A stretch of DNA of 64,000 bases from Candidatus Latescibacterota bacterium (GTDB lineage Bacteria > Latescibacterota > UBA2968 > GCA-2709665): contig CBDDDZ010000005.1 of the NCBI GenBank assembly GCA_965226795.1, positions 2,445,257-2,509,256 of the forward strand. Reading direction: 5' to 3'. Under the pieces are notes generated by a model that saw only the letters and a program-made list of their open reading frames with translations, made no database searches and was not told the DNA's origin. Positions 10,570-21,435 of this stretch are shown here, in pieces. The position numbers and the translations under genes are program-made. The stretch's first letter is position 1. Each line of letters opens with the position of its first letter.

Positions 10570-11022
10570 TTATAGCGGTTCTATTAGGAAAAGAGGTGTA
10601 TTGTACTCGACGGGATTGCCATTCTCAACAAGGACTCGAACCACCCGACCTTTTGCGTCGGCTTCGATTTCGTTCATTATTTTCATGGCTTCGATTATGC
10701 AGATGGTCTGTCCGACCGACACGACATCCCCCTCCTCCACAAAGGCCGGCGAGTCCGGATTGGGAGCACGATAGAACATGCCTACCATGGGCGAACTAAT
10801 GCTGTGCAACCCTTCAGTCTCGTCCGGTTCGGCGGAAGCGGACTCATGGTCGGCATCGGCCGGCTGCGAAGCGGTATGAACCTGAGCGACCGGCTGAAAC
10901 GCGGCTGCATCGATGCCGGCGGCAACGCGTATTTTTCGAAGCCCCAGAATCCCACGTTCGATTTCAATCTCCCGGACCTTGTCTTCTCCGACCAGTTCGA
11001 TCAACTGCTGAAGGGTCTCCAT
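10570..11022 (-). CDS. accB: Acetyl-CoA carboxylase biotin carboxyl carrier protein
   Basis: C-terminal biotinyl domain [38 protein letters not shown]; start set at internal Met (METLQQ). Confidence 0.9.
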   Translation of the reverse strand: METLQQLIELVGEDKVREIEIERGILGLRKIRVAAGIDAAAFQPVAQVHTASQPADADHESASAEPDETEGLHSISSPMVGMFYRAPNPDSPAFVEEGDVVSVGQTICIIEAMKIMNEIEADAKGRVVRVLVENGNPVEYNTPLFLIEPL

Positions 11023-11135
11023 GATGTTTTTGGAGAGTTTCACGCGTGCTCCTTCGAAAAAACAACAGCCGGCAGTATAGGGATCGGGGCGTGCCGGCCG
11101 AAGTGCCACCCATCCCGATTCCCGACGTTTCCGTA

Positions 11136-11693
11136 TCAGATTCGTTCTACGTACGTTTCCGTTCGGGTATCTATTTTCAAAACGTCGCCCCGTTCCACGA
11201 AAAGGGGCACCTGGACCGAAGCCCCTGTTTCCAGTACGGCCGGTTTACTTCCGCCGCTGGCGGTGTCTCCCCGCAGCCCGGGGTCCGTTTCCGTCACCGC
11301 CAGTTCGACAAAAATCGGCAACGCCACACTCACAGCGTTTTGCTCAGCGACCAGAATCTCCAGAATCTCGTTCTCTTTCAAATACTTGACTGCGTTTCCC
11401 ATCACCTCTGGAGGCAGTTCATACTGATCGTACGTCTCATTATCCATAAAACAGTAAAGATCGCCGGGCTTGTAGAGGAATTGCATCTTCCGCCGTTCCA
11501 GCCGAACATCGTCCACCTTGTCGCCGGAACGAAACGTCCGGTCAATCATTGCGCCCGTCTTCACACTCTTGAGACGGGTGCGTACGACGGCCGCGCCCTT
11601 GCCGGGTTTAAAGTGTTCGAATTCGACCATAAAATAGAGAACGCCGTCCAGGCGCAAGACCATACCATTTCTGAACTCAGACGTTGTGACCAT
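11136..11693 (-). CDS. efp: Elongation factor P
   Basis: MVTTSEFRNGMVLRLDGVLYFMVEFEHFKPGKGAAVVRTRLKSVKTGAMIDRTFRSGDKVDDV; 185 aa; efp-accB-accC arrangement. Confidence 0.95.
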   Translation of the reverse strand: MVTTSEFRNGMVLRLDGVLYFMVEFEHFKPGKGAAVVRTRLKSVKTGAMIDRTFRSGDKVDDVRLERRKMQFLYKPGDLYCFMDNETYDQYELPPEVMGNAVKYLKENEILEILVAEQNAVSVALPIFVELAVTETDPGLRGDTASGGSKPAVLETGASVQVPLFVERGDVLKIDTRTETYVERI

Positions 11694-11702
11694 TTTTCGA
11701 AA

Positions 11703-12455
11703 TTATCCTCCCGCGCACATTCCATTCATCTGCTGAAGTTCCTTCAGCCGTTTCTTTATCGGCTCATTCTCGGGTTCACGCTCACAGACTTGCGCCAGGA
11801 CAGCTACAGCTTCTTCTATCAGTCCTTGCGCCACGTACAGCTCGGCAAGGGTCGAGGTTGCAATCGGCGCAATTCCAGCGTCGGATTCGGAAGTCGCGGC
11901 CGCATCCTTACCCGGGCCGCGTTGGTCCGGAAGGTCCCGCAACAGGAGGGGAAAATTCTCGCGTTCCGCCCGGGAATCGTTTTTCGCGGCGGTTTCATCT
12001 GACGCCAGGCGACCCGGCTCATCGCCGGGCCCGGATTCGGAGGCCGGTTCGTCTTCTCCCCGGGCAACGGCACCGATCTCGGAAACCAGCACGCGGCTTA
12101 ACGGATCGACCGTCAGGGCATACCTGAAATACTGAAGCGCCTGTTCCTCGAAGCCCATCCTTCTTTCGATCTTGCCGAGCAGCCAGTAGGCCGCCGGATT
12201 GTCCCGATCCAGCACGAGCGTGTCGTGAAATGCCTGCCGGGCTTCTACCAACCGTCCGGCCGCCATGTGGCATCTGCCCATGACGAGATGGCCGGTTGGA
12301 TAAAACGGGCGGTATCTGAGGCCCTTCCGACAGATCTCCGTTGCCAGGTCCACGTTGCCCGATCGCAGCATCTCATCGGCGAGGCGCGCAAACAGGATAG
12401 ACGCAGGATTCCTGCTGCAGATTCTCTCGAGCCTTGCAACAGATGTGGCCGTCAT
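11703..12455 (-). CDS. Tetratricopeptide repeat protein
   Basis: TPR-like helices (ATEICRKGLRYRPFYPTGHLVMGRCHMAAGRLVEARQAF..., AYWLLGKIERRMGFEEQALQYFRYALTVDP); start set to internal Met preceded by ggggtggtgag RBS-like sequence. The N-terminal 133 codons of the ORF-track ORF look non-coding. Confidence 0.6.
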   Translation of the reverse strand: MTATSVARLERICSRNPASILFARLADEMLRSGNVDLATEICRKGLRYRPFYPTGHLVMGRCHMAAGRLVEARQAFHDTLVLDRDNPAAYWLLGKIERRMGFEEQALQYFRYALTVDPLSRVLVSEIGAVARGEDEPASESGPGDEPGRLASDETAAKNDSRAERENFPLLLRDLPDQRGPGKDAAATSESDAGIAPIATSTLAELYVAQGLIEEAVAVLAQVCEREPENEPIKKRLKELQQMNGMCAGG

Positions 12456-13096
12456 CGTCTCACCACCCCGTCCAGTGTCCCATCCCAGAAATATGTTACC
12501 ATTCGGCCGCCGATTCATCCCGTCTCGCTGCGTTCCCAGCCGGGCGACTCGGCGGCCGAATTTCGGCAATCTATTTCCGGGACAGAACACTAAACCGGAG
12601 GGAAGTATAGGAAAAAGCCCAACGCTTGTCAAGGCCGCCACATAGCGCCCGTTCGCCGCGTTCCGCGCCGGTCCAATGCCGTCAAATGGTCCCACGTTGG
12701 CATTCGTCCGATTCGAACTCCGGAGCCGTTGTACGTAATGTAAAAAACTCTGCGAAAAATATGCTACGAAATCCTCGCTGCCGCCGGCCGCATTCCATAC
12801 TCTCCCGAATCGAACGAGTCTCGGATCACATTCGCGGGCAAACCGGTCTTCCACCCAGCGACACAGGCTTGTTTTCCGGCGCGTCGAGCCTGAAGCCTGC
12901 CGGAATCGCCGTCGATACGGCGTTCAGAGTGGTGCTTTCAATCCCGACACGGATACGTATTCCGCTGCAATCCGTTTCGATTCGACGCCTGACCGCCGGG
13001 TCGGAATTTCCCTGGAATTGCCTTGTGCGAATATGGGTGATATGCTATATTCTATGCCGTTTCAGGCTCATGCCCAATCCGCTCAGGGAGGCGGTT

Positions 13097-13618
13097 ATGG
13101 AACTCGTCAAGTTATTTGTGTCGTTCACAAAGGTCGGTATTTTCGCTTACGGGGGCGGGCCATCCATGATCCCGCTGGTACAGGAGGAAGTCGTCGACGT
13201 ACACGGCTGGATGACCATTGAGGAGTTTACCGACGCTCTCGCTATGGGATATGCGCTTCCCGGTCCCATTGCCACGAAAATGGCCGCCTATATCGGTTAC
13301 CAGGTCGCACAGACCCCGGGTCTGATCGTGGCCCTTCTGGGCACGGTCTTTCCCTCCCTCATCCTGATGATGACTTTGGGCCTGTTCTTCATGGCGTATA
13401 AGGGCGCGCCAGCCGTCCAGGCAATGCTCAAAGCCGTCCGGCCGGCGGTTGTCGGCCTCCTTCTCGTGGTGGTCTGGCAAATGGCGCCCAAGTCAGTGAC
13501 TTCATGGCACACGGGCCTGATCGCCCTGGCGGCTTTTGTCGCCATCCATTTCCTGAACCTTCATCCGGCCGTCGCGATCGTCAGCACGGCGGTTCTGGGC
13601 CTGGCAATCTACCGTTAA
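13097..13618 (+). CDS. Chromate transporter ChrA family, short (half-size) form
   Basis: FTKVGIFAYGGGPSMIPLVQEEVVDVHGWMTIEEFTDALAMGYALPGPIATKMAAY matches the ChrA short-chain family; hydrophobic segments; 173 aa from MELVKLF. Confidence 0.75.
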   Translation: MELVKLFVSFTKVGIFAYGGGPSMIPLVQEEVVDVHGWMTIEEFTDALAMGYALPGPIATKMAAYIGYQVAQTPGLIVALLGTVFPSLILMMTLGLFFMAYKGAPAVQAMLKAVRPAVVGLLLVVVWQMAPKSVTSWHTGLIALAAFVAIHFLNLHPAVAIVSTAVLGLAIYR

Positions 13619-13660
13619 TGTGGTGACACCGGCATCACCCTCTCGGGAGCTTGAGTTCGA

Positions 13661-14674
13661 ATGAAGGACTACTTGATACTTGAACGCAAAGCGCTGAAAA
13701 ACAATCCCTTAACAACGCTGGAGATGCTGGCGGTGCTCAATACGCCAAACGAAGACCTGCTCCGGCTGATCCACGCGGCATATAGGGTCCGCCATCGTTA
13801 TTTTGGAAACAGAGTGCGCCTGCACGTTTTACAGAACGCCAAGAGCGGACTGTGTCCGGAAGACTGCGCCTACTGTTCCCAATCTTCAGTGTCGACCGCG
13901 GACATCAGTAAATATCCGCTGTTGCCACGAGAACGAATCCTCGACGGCGCCAGAAAGGCCAAGGCGGGAAGGGCCCTCCGCTATTGCATCGTCACCAGCG
14001 GAAGAGGCCCCAACCGCAGAGAGGTGGAAACCGTTGCCGACATCGTACGTGAAGTCAAACAAACCGTCGATATCGACATCTGCTGCTGTATGGGGCTGCT
14101 GGACGAAGCACAGGCCAGAACGTTGAAAGCAGCCGGTGTCGACCGGATCAATCACAACCTGAACACCAGTGCCCGGCACCATCCCAAGATCTGTACCACC
14201 CACACCTACACGGACCGGCTGAATACGCTTCAGGCGGTCAAGGCTGCCGGTCTCGAGACCTGTTGCGGGGGAATCATCGGGATGGGAGAGTCCCGGCAGG
14301 ATATCGTCGACCTGGCCATGGCCGTCCGGAAACTGGACATCGATTCGATCCCTGTCAACTTTCTGCACCCCGTAGAAGGCACGCCCCTCGCCGGGTGTGA
14401 ACCGACGACGCCGCAGGATGGCCTGAAGGCCCTTTGCCTGTTCCGCTTTGTCAACCCGAACAAAGAAATCCGGATTGCCGGCGGGCGGGAACACACGCTC
14501 CGATCCCTCCAGGGCCTGGCCCTCTATCCGGCGAACTCCGTCTTTATGGAAGGCTATCTGACTACCGGGGGACAGTCCACTTCGGAAACCCATCGTCTGA
14601 TCGAGGATATGGGATTCGAAGTCGAAGAGAAGCGGAAGACAGAGGGCAAATCAAATGTGCTGGTTTGCGATTAA
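13661..14674 (+). CDS. bioB: Biotin synthase
   Basis: Radical [14 protein letters not shown] plus conserved BioB Cys residues ([14 protein letters not shown]). Confidence 0.92.
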   Translation: MKDYLILERKALKNNPLTTLEMLAVLNTPNEDLLRLIHAAYRVRHRYFGNRVRLHVLQNAKSGLCPEDCAYCSQSSVSTADISKYPLLPRERILDGARKAKAGRALRYCIVTSGRGPNRREVETVADIVREVKQTVDIDICCCMGLLDEAQARTLKAAGVDRINHNLNTSARHHPKICTTHTYTDRLNTLQAVKAAGLETCCGGIIGMGESRQDIVDLAMAVRKLDIDSIPVNFLHPVEGTPLAGCEPTTPQDGLKALCLFRFVNPNKEIRIAGGREHTLRSLQGLALYPANSVFMEGYLTTGGQSTSETHRLIEDMGFEVEEKRKTEGKSNVLVCD

Positions 14675-14703
14675 AAGCGCACTCGCGACACCTACGTCAA
14701 CTT

Positions 14704-16584
14704 ATGTGGACCTACGATAAACACTACGATATCATTGTTGTGGGCGCTGGACACGCTGGAGCCGAAGCCGCCCTGGCAGGCGCCCGCATGGGGTGCAAGA
14801 CCCTGCTGCTGACGATGAATCTGGACACGGTCGCCCAGATGTCCTGCAATCCCGCGGTGGGAGGCATTGCCAAAGGCCACATGGTGCGCGAAATCGATGC
14901 GTTGGGCGGCGAAATGGCGCAGAACATCGATGTGACGGGACTGCAATTCCGCCTGCTCAACCGGAGTAAGGGGCCGGCAGTGCAGGCCCCTCGGGCACAG
15001 GCCGACAAAAAAGCGTATCAATTTCGCATGAAATATGTTGTGGAAAGCCAGACGAACCTGGATCTCAAGCAGGGCCTGATCGAAGATCTGCTGGTTGACG
15101 ACGGGCGAATCAGGGGCATCGTCACCAAGTCCCGCACGATCTTCCTGGGTCAGACGGTCATCCTGACAACCGGCACTTTTCTCAGGGGCCTCGTCCACGT
15201 GGGCAACCGATCTTACAGTGCCGGGCGCGCCGGCGAGCAATCCGCCGAACGGGCATCCGGCGACCTGCGGCGGTTGGGCTTTGAACTGGGGAGGTTGAAA
15301 ACGGGGACGCCACCGCGGATCAATTCCCGCAGCGTCGATTACAGTGTGATGGAAATCCAGCCCGGTGACGAGCAGCCGTGCCCCTTCTCCTACCGCACCG
15401 AGACCATCACACAGGAACAACTAAACTGCCACATCACCTACACCACGCCAGAAACCCACGATCTCATACGTCGGAACCTGGATCGTTCGGCAATGTACAG
15501 CGGCCGTATCCAGTCCGTGGGTCCACGGTACTGTCCTTCGATCGAAGACAAAGTCGTCAAATTTGCAGATAGGCAAAAGCATCAGTTGTTTGTGGAGCCG
15601 GAAGGCTACAACACGTTCGAAGTCTACCTCAACGGTCTGTCAATGAGCCTGCCTGAAGACGTGCAGGTCGAGGTCGTCCGCAGCGTTCCCGGCCTTGAAA
15701 ACGCCGAAATCATGCGGCCGGGTTACGCCATTGAATACGACTATGTCCCTCCGACCCAGATCCTTCCCACGCTGGAAACCAAACCGGTCCGCGGCCTGTT
15801 TTTCGCGGGGCAAATCAACGGCACCACGGGCTACGAAGAAGCGGCCGGACAGGGCCTGATGGCGGGCATCAATGCCGCATTGCAGGTCCGGAACGAAGAC
15901 GCGTTAATTCTGGACCGCGCCCAGGCTTATATCGGCGTACTGATCGACGATCTCACAACGAAAGGTACGGAAGAGCCTTACCGCATGTTTACCGCATTGG
16001 CGGAATACCGTCTGTTGTTGCGGCACGACAACGCCGACCTGCGCCTGACCGAAATCGGTCGCAGGATCGGGCTGGTTTCAGACAGCGCCTACGAATGTTT
16101 TCAGCGTCGGACGGCAGCAATTGCCGCCGAACAACGCCGTCTGAGAAAGATAAAAGTCACGCCCTCAGACCGGGTTCAGCAGTACCTTCGCACAGCGGGC
16201 ACCTCCCCTCTCGCACAGTCCGCACCTCTGATCGATCTGTTGCGCAGGCCCCAACTCGACTACCGCTTTGTACAGGAAGTCGCGCCACCTCCGGAACCGC
16301 TGCGTCCAGATGTATGCCAATCCGTTGAGGTCGAACTCAAATACGAAGGTTATATCCAGCGCCAGAAAGCGCAGGTGGCCAGGTTTCAGGATCTGGAGAC
16401 AAAGCGCCTTCCGGACAACATCGACTACATGGAACTTCCCGCCATCTCCCGCGAGGCCGCCGAGAAGCTCTCGCAGGTACGCCCTCGCTCACTGGGCCAG
16501 GCTTCCCGAATTCCAGGCGTTTCACCCGCGGACATCTCGGCCCTAATGGTCCTCCTGAGAGCCCGTGGCCGGGGTACGGCATGA
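14704..16584 (+). CDS. mnmG: tRNA uridine 5-carboxymethylaminomethyl modification enzyme MnmG/GidA
   Basis: [67 protein letters not shown]-binding N-terminus; start at MWTYDKHYD. Confidence 0.95.
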   Translation: MWTYDKHYDIIVVGAGHAGAEAALAGARMGCKTLLLTMNLDTVAQMSCNPAVGGIAKGHMVREIDALGGEMAQNIDVTGLQFRLLNRSKGPAVQAPRAQADKKAYQFRMKYVVESQTNLDLKQGLIEDLLVDDGRIRGIVTKSRTIFLGQTVILTTGTFLRGLVHVGNRSYSAGRAGEQSAERASGDLRRLGFELGRLKTGTPPRINSRSVDYSVMEIQPGDEQPCPFSYRTETITQEQLNCHITYTTPETHDLIRRNLDRSAMYSGRIQSVGPRYCPSIEDKVVKFADRQKHQLFVEPEGYNTFEVYLNGLSMSLPEDVQVEVVRSVPGLENAEIMRPGYAIEYDYVPPTQILPTLETKPVRGLFFAGQINGTTGYEEAAGQGLMAGINAALQVRNEDALILDRAQAYIGVLIDDLTTKGTEEPYRMFTALAEYRLLLRHDNADLRLTEIGRRIGLVSDSAYECFQRRTAAIAAEQRRLRKIKVTPSDRVQQYLRTAGTSPLAQSAPLIDLLRRPQLDYRFVQEVAPPPEPLRPDVCQSVEVELKYEGYIQRQKAQVARFQDLETKRLPDNIDYMELPAISREAAEKLSQVRPRSLGQASRIPGVSPADISALMVLLRARGRGTA

Positions 16585-17441
16585 ATGTTAGCGCGAAACA
16601 GATACAGGCCATTGTCTCGCTCCTGGACGACCGTAACGCCGATATCTTAGACATCGTGCGGGGCAAGCTGTTCACAATGGGCGAGCCGGTCGTCCGCAAG
16701 ATCCAGGATGCCGCGTCCGGGGGGTCGCCAGCGCAACGGGAGGCCGGCCGGATCCTGTTGTGCCTCAAGGAACCCCCGCTGGAAACGCAGTTCCAAAAAC
16801 TACAGGAGAACCCCACCGGCGACATCGACCTGGAAACAGCGTCGTTTACCCTGGCCAAGCTCGAATATCCGACCCTCAACATTCATCGTTACAGAAGTCA
16901 GCTCAACAGGATGGCCGGGGACCTGGCCCCCTCCATTGCTCCAGACGACCATCCGCTCAGAATAATCCAGACCCTGAACCACTACCTTTTCGATACACAG
17001 GGTTTCCGGGGGCAAAGAAACGACCCGATCGTTCCGGCCGCCAGCTATATGAACCGGGTTCTGGATTGCAAGACAGGTCTGCCCATTTCGATTTCAGCGC
17101 TTTTCATTTTTCTGGGCCGCCGGCTCGATCTGCCCATTCTCGGCGTCGGGATGCCCTTTCACTTTATTACCAAGTACAAGACAACGGACGGCATGGAGTT
17201 CCTTTTCGACCCCTTTAACAGGGGCCAACTCTTGACAGCGAATGAATGCCGGGAATATCTCTCCCGGTTCGACATGGAGTTTGAGCCGTCCATGCTGCGC
17301 CAATCATCCGACCGGCAAATACTCACCCGCATGATGTTCAACCTTTGTGCCGCCTACCGTAATCAGAAGGGTGCGCGAAAGGTCGACACCCTCGATCGTC
17401 TGCTTAGGATCCTACTCAAGCACTCACCGTTACAGGAGTAA
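16581..17441 (+). CDS. SirB1/YchA-like transglutaminase-like domain protein (UPF0162)
   Basis: Similarity pattern to SirB1 N-terminal/transglutaminase-like family ([34 protein letters not shown]); start ATGA overlaps the mnmG stop. Confidence 0.7.
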   Translation: MNVSAKQIQAIVSLLDDRNADILDIVRGKLFTMGEPVVRKIQDAASGGSPAQREAGRILLCLKEPPLETQFQKLQENPTGDIDLETASFTLAKLEYPTLNIHRYRSQLNRMAGDLAPSIAPDDHPLRIIQTLNHYLFDTQGFRGQRNDPIVPAASYMNRVLDCKTGLPISISALFIFLGRRLDLPILGVGMPFHFITKYKTTDGMEFLFDPFNRGQLLTANECREYLSRFDMEFEPSMLRQSSDRQILTRMMFNLCAAYRNQKGARKVDTLDRLLRILLKHSPLQE

Positions 17442-17662
17442 CCGGTACGTTTCGTTCTGAGAACCTCGGCCAGGGGTCGGCGCTTGCCTTCCGGCGCGCT
17501 GCATGACCGCCGCAACTTCAGAATCCGGCACCGGCCACATTCCGCATCCCGTTCCGGGTCGGCGCAATGAACTGTGTTTCCGTGCACGCAGGATCACCGA
17601 CTGCCAGGCTTCCCCGCGTTCTCCAAGCCAGGTAAGCCCTCGTCTGTCGCCGTGCTCAAGCC

Positions 17663-18136
17663 ATGGCTGATAACATCAAAATCGTAGTGCAGAACCGAAA
17701 AGCCCGGCGGGACTTTTTTCTTGTCGACGCCTACGAAGCCGGCCTCGAACTCAAAGGCACGGAGGTGAAATCACTACGCCTTGGCAACGCAAATATGGCA
17801 GACTGCTATGCCCGCGTGGAAAACAACGAAGTCTTCCTGCATAACCTCCACATTGGTGAATACACCGAGGCCAACCGCTTCAATCATGATCCGGTTCGCA
17901 AACGCCGGCTGTTGCTACACAGAAACGAAATCGATCGGCTAAGGGTACGTACGGAAGAAAAGGGACTCACGCTCGTTGCTCTGAAGCTCTATTTCAAACG
18001 CGGCAGAGCCAAGGTCGAACTGGCCGTCGCCCGGGGTAAACGCGAATACGACCGGCGCCACGACATCGCCAAACGTGACGCTCAACGTGAAATGCAGCGG
18101 GAACTCAAGGTGCGGGGAACGAGATCTGGTATCTAG
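17663..18136 (+). CDS. smpB: SsrA-binding protein
   Basis: IVVQNRKARRDFFLVDAYEAGLELKGTEVKSLR...GRAKVELAVARGKREYDRRHDIAKRDAQRE, 157 aa. Confidence 0.95.
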   Translation: MADNIKIVVQNRKARRDFFLVDAYEAGLELKGTEVKSLRLGNANMADCYARVENNEVFLHNLHIGEYTEANRFNHDPVRKRRLLLHRNEIDRLRVRTEEKGLTLVALKLYFKRGRAKVELAVARGKREYDRRHDIAKRDAQREMQRELKVRGTRSGI

Positions 18137-18195
18137 TGTCCGCGGCGACTCGAATCCGATCCCGATTCACCATCTCCATCCTGTCGAGAAGGTCC

Positions 18196-19407
18196 ATGGA
18201 AAATGAGAAAAGGCGCCAGGCCTTTTTCCCGGCCTGCGTACTGGGTGCCTTTATCGTGCTGTCGCTGTTTTGTTCTTCCGCGAACGCAGGAAAAGCCGGC
18301 GCGCCCGTTCTCATTCCCACGTCGAGAATCGGCGAGGGCGCCTACGTGTCTCTGGATGACCTGGCCAGGATTCTGGGCGGCCGACTCCATCCCTATCCAT
18401 CGAAGGGAAAAATCGCCTTGCGGAAGGGTGGAAATTCGATTGTCTTTACCCCGTTTTCCTCCGTTGTTACCGTAAACGACGTCGGATACAGGCTGCCGCT
18501 GGAAACGCGATACCACGACAGCGAGGCCTTATGGGTTCCGTCTGATGCGATCCTGTCGTTGCTGGCTCGAACCCTTGCCGGTTATCCCCGGATGACAGCG
18601 GTTGAAACACCCGTCGATGCTGCCCGCGCGTCCGTTCGGGAAACCCGGCAGCCTGCTGGACGAACACCGGTACCGCGGGCGAAAGTCGACCCCAAACGCT
18701 GGACGATCGACACCATCATCATAGACCCCGGGCACGGCGGCAGGGATCCGGGCGCCATGGGAAAACGCGGCACGAGGGAGAAGGACATTGTATTAAAGGT
18801 TTCCATACGCCTGAAAAAGCTGCTCGAAGAGCGGCTTCGCGTAAGAGCCGTGTTAACGCGCAGTACGGACACGTTCGTTACGCTCGGACAACGCGCCCGC
18901 AATGCCAGGAAGAATCAGGGCAAACTTTTTGTGAGCCTTCACTGCAACGCGAGCAGAAATCGCCGTGCGCGCGGCTTAGAGGTCTACTTTCTTTCCGAGG
19001 CCAAGACGGACGAAGCCGCCGAAGTGGCACGGCGGGAAAACGCCGTCCTCCGCCTGGAAGAACAGGATGATGCGGTGACCATGGATGAAGTCGAAGGTAT
19101 ACAGTTCGGCCTTCTCTCTACTCAGTTTCTGAAAGAAAGCCAGGATCTGGCGGCCGATATTCGCGCCGAGGTCATAGAAAACCTGAGGCCAATGCCCGAC
19201 CGCGGCGTACGGCAGGCCAACTTCTACGTGATGAGAGGTACGATGGGGCACATGCCTTCGGTTCTTGTGGAAATGGGCTTTATCTCCAACCCCGGAGAAG
19301 AAAGTCAGATGCGAAAGTGGACGTTTCAACGTGAAATGGCCGAAGCCATCTTCAGCGGTATCCGAAATTTCAAACAACGATATGAACGACAACTCACCCA
19401 AAACTGA
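18196..19407 (+). CDS. N-acetylmuramoyl-L-alanine amidase, AmiC-like with N-terminal targeting domain
   Basis: IIIDPGHGGRDPGAMG...SLHCNAS...EMGFISNPGEE amidase_3 motifs; signal peptide after MENEKRRQAFFPACVLGAFIVL. Confidence 0.88.
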   Translation: MENEKRRQAFFPACVLGAFIVLSLFCSSANAGKAGAPVLIPTSRIGEGAYVSLDDLARILGGRLHPYPSKGKIALRKGGNSIVFTPFSSVVTVNDVGYRLPLETRYHDSEALWVPSDAILSLLARTLAGYPRMTAVETPVDAARASVRETRQPAGRTPVPRAKVDPKRWTIDTIIIDPGHGGRDPGAMGKRGTREKDIVLKVSIRLKKLLEERLRVRAVLTRSTDTFVTLGQRARNARKNQGKLFVSLHCNASRNRRARGLEVYFLSEAKTDEAAEVARRENAVLRLEEQDDAVTMDEVEGIQFGLLSTQFLKESQDLAADIRAEVIENLRPMPDRGVRQANFYVMRGTMGHMPSVLVEMGFISNPGEESQMRKWTFQREMAEAIFSGIRNFKQRYERQLTQN

Positions 19408-20275
19408 TCGTCCGTTGCGGATCGACCTTCCCGGCGGCGATCCGGGATACTATTACGATCCCCGGGTTACGGCCGGTCTGCATGGCGAAATCAGACTCTC
19501 ACCCAGGGTCGAAAGATATTGCCGATGCGGCGGCAAGCCGCCTTATCAGATTTTCCAACGGTCGGATGCCGAACCGGCCTGGTGCCCGTGTCGACGCTAC
19601 CGGCTGAAGACACACGAGATCCACCGGCTCATCAGAAACTCCGGCATCCCCGGTCCGTTTCGATACAAATTCCTGGACGATTTCTACGAAAAATACGAAG
19701 GAAAACCAATCGGCGGCGCAGACCAGCTCAAACGCCATCTCGGCAACCTGATCGAAAAAGCCCGCAAGCTGAACGCCTCGCACGGGCCCGGCGCAAAAGC
19801 AGCCGCTCCCCTCACGATTAGAGGATACTTTCTGTCGGGCAAACCCGGTGTGGGCAAGACCTACTTCTCCTACGTCGCGCTCAACGAACTCATCTTCCAC
19901 TCGGGGCGTCCCGGAAAATTCATCAGCCTGTCAAAGGCATTCTTCCAGACACTGCGATTCGCGTTTGACGAAAACAGTCCGATGCATGGTAAATCCGAGG
20001 CCTTTTTGCGCGACCTCGGCAACGTCCCGTACCTTGTCATCGACGACTTTGGCGTGCAGCGGAATACGGAATGGGAGCTGGAAATGCTTTACAACCTGGT
20101 GGATACAAGATACGCCAGCCGGCGTTTCACGATTTTCACCACCAACCAGGACATTGAAAACGTGAAAGACCTGGCGGAGGGCAGGCTCTATTCGAGGTTT
20201 ATTGAAATGTGTTATATCATCCGCATCCGGGCATCGGACTTCCGGGAACACGCCAGGAAGGAATATGAAATATGA
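19382..20275 (+). CDS. DnaI/DnaC/IstB-like AAA+ ATPase with N-terminal Cys4 zinc ribbon
   Basis: CRCGG...CPC zinc-ribbon-like segment followed by Walker A GKPGVGKTY and Walker B LVIDDFG, TTNQ sensor-like motif; start overlaps amidase stop by 26 nt; no transposase neighbour. Confidence 0.65.
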   Translation: MNDNSPKTDRPLRIDLPGGDPGYYYDPRVTAGLHGEIRLSPRVERYCRCGGKPPYQIFQRSDAEPAWCPCRRYRLKTHEIHRLIRNSGIPGPFRYKFLDDFYEKYEGKPIGGADQLKRHLGNLIEKARKLNASHGPGAKAAAPLTIRGYFLSGKPGVGKTYFSYVALNELIFHSGRPGKFISLSKAFFQTLRFAFDENSPMHGKSEAFLRDLGNVPYLVIDDFGVQRNTEWELEMLYNLVDTRYASRRFTIFTTNQDIENVKDLAEGRLYSRFIEMCYIIRIRASDFREHARKEYEI

Positions 20276-20360
20276 GATCCGGGTTCAGATGAGGGCGAGT
20301 TCCACTATTCCAATTCGCTTCTTCGGTTCTAAACGATTCACCGCCATTTGCAGGTTTCCC

Positions 20361-20951
20361 ATGTCGTCTCTTGTGGCAGCCACGAAAAATCCCGGCAAGC
20401 TCAGAGAGATCCGGGAAATACTGGGTTCGGAAGTCAGGGTCCGTTCTCTGGCCGACTTCCCCAACATCGGGGATATAGTGGAGGACGGCAGGACGTTCGA
20501 GGCCAACGCCATCAAAAAAGCGCTTTCCGTATCCTTCCATACCGGCCACGTGTCCCTGGCCGATGACTCCGGCCTGGAGGTGGACGCGCTCGACGGAGCG
20601 CCGGGTGTTTGTTCGGCGCGATTCGCGGGCGAAAACGCCACCGACGAACAGAACAACCGCAAGCTTCTCCGGCTCCTCGAAGATATCCCTGGCGCAGAAC
20701 GGACGGCCCGATTTCGCTGCGTGATTGCCATCGGCGCACCCGACGGCTCGGTACAGACGGCCGAGGGCAGAGCGGAGGGCCTGATCCTGTGCAGCCCGCG
20801 GGGAACGGGCGGGTTCGGCTACGACCCCCTATTTCTGGTGCCCGGCATCCGGTGTACGTTTGCCGAACTCTCGCCCCGGGAAAAAAACAGACTCAGCCAT
20901 CGGGGTAAAGCCCTGCGCTCCATGTTCCCACTGCTGCGCAAGTTTCTTTGA
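20361..20951 (+). CDS. rdgB: Non-canonical purine NTP pyrophosphatase (RdgB/Ham1 family)
   Basis: ATKNPGKLREIREIL...DDSGLEVDALDGAPGVCSARFAG...GGFGYDPLF Ham1 family motifs. Confidence 0.9.
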   Translation: MSSLVAATKNPGKLREIREILGSEVRVRSLADFPNIGDIVEDGRTFEANAIKKALSVSFHTGHVSLADDSGLEVDALDGAPGVCSARFAGENATDEQNNRKLLRLLEDIPGAERTARFRCVIAIGAPDGSVQTAEGRAEGLILCSPRGTGGFGYDPLFLVPGIRCTFAELSPREKNRLSHRGKALRSMFPLLRKFL

Positions 20952-21004
20952 TCCGTGTGTTACGCCGCCCAGGCATTACCTGCACCCGGTGCCTTTCCGG
21001 CTGC

Positions 21005-21220
21005 TCAATCCGTCTTGGAATCGCCCGCGTCCGCACGGCGTTGATACCGCCTCATCCGCCTCGCAAAGATCCAGATCAATCCCGCCACCGCCAGGTATTT
21101 CAACACCTCCCACACCCACCCCTCCCATCCCAGAATCACTGGCCAAAGCGCAAATAGCGACAGCAGGATGAACAAATCCTCCAACGCAACCCAGATGCGG
21201 CGTTCATTGCCTTTTGACAT
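21005..21220 (-). CDS. Hypothetical small membrane protein
   Basis: 71-aa ORF with one or two hydrophobic helices (LFILLSLFALWPVILGWEGWVWEVLKYLAVAGLIWIF); no family recognised; could be spurious. Confidence 0.3.
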   Translation of the reverse strand: MSKGNERRIWVALEDLFILLSLFALWPVILGWEGWVWEVLKYLAVAGLIWIFARRMRRYQRRADAGDSKTD

Positions 21221-21435
21221 GGATCTATCCTCTCCCCTCGGGCCTGCCTGGTTTTACGACCGTTCCGGAACTGCCTGCGGATTCCGATTCCCGGATGGGC
21301 TGATTGAAATCTCCGCCCCGGAAGCATAGGCAGAATGCCTGAATGCAATTCGCGACCACCCGCTGCAAAAACACCTGGCCTCCGGTCGTTTCTACACGGG
21401 CGCACGGCGTCAGGGTTGGCAACGTCGCCAGTGGT

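Noticed and set aside
12456-12854. N-terminal 133 codons of ORF 11703..12854
   Set aside because: No TPR character, overlaps the region upstream of the ChrA-like gene, and an internal ATG with an RBS-like sequence begins the recognisable TPR protein.
12626-13096. N-terminal 157 codons of ORF 12626..13618
   Set aside because: Low-complexity Arg/Ser/Pro-rich sequence with no hydrophobic segments; the ChrA-like domain starts cleanly at the internal Met (13097).
17442-17662. Possible tmRNA (ssrA) next to smpB
   Set aside because: No tRNA-like acceptor/T-arm (GGTTCGAnTCC) or tag-peptide reading frame recognisable in the 220-bp upstream gap.
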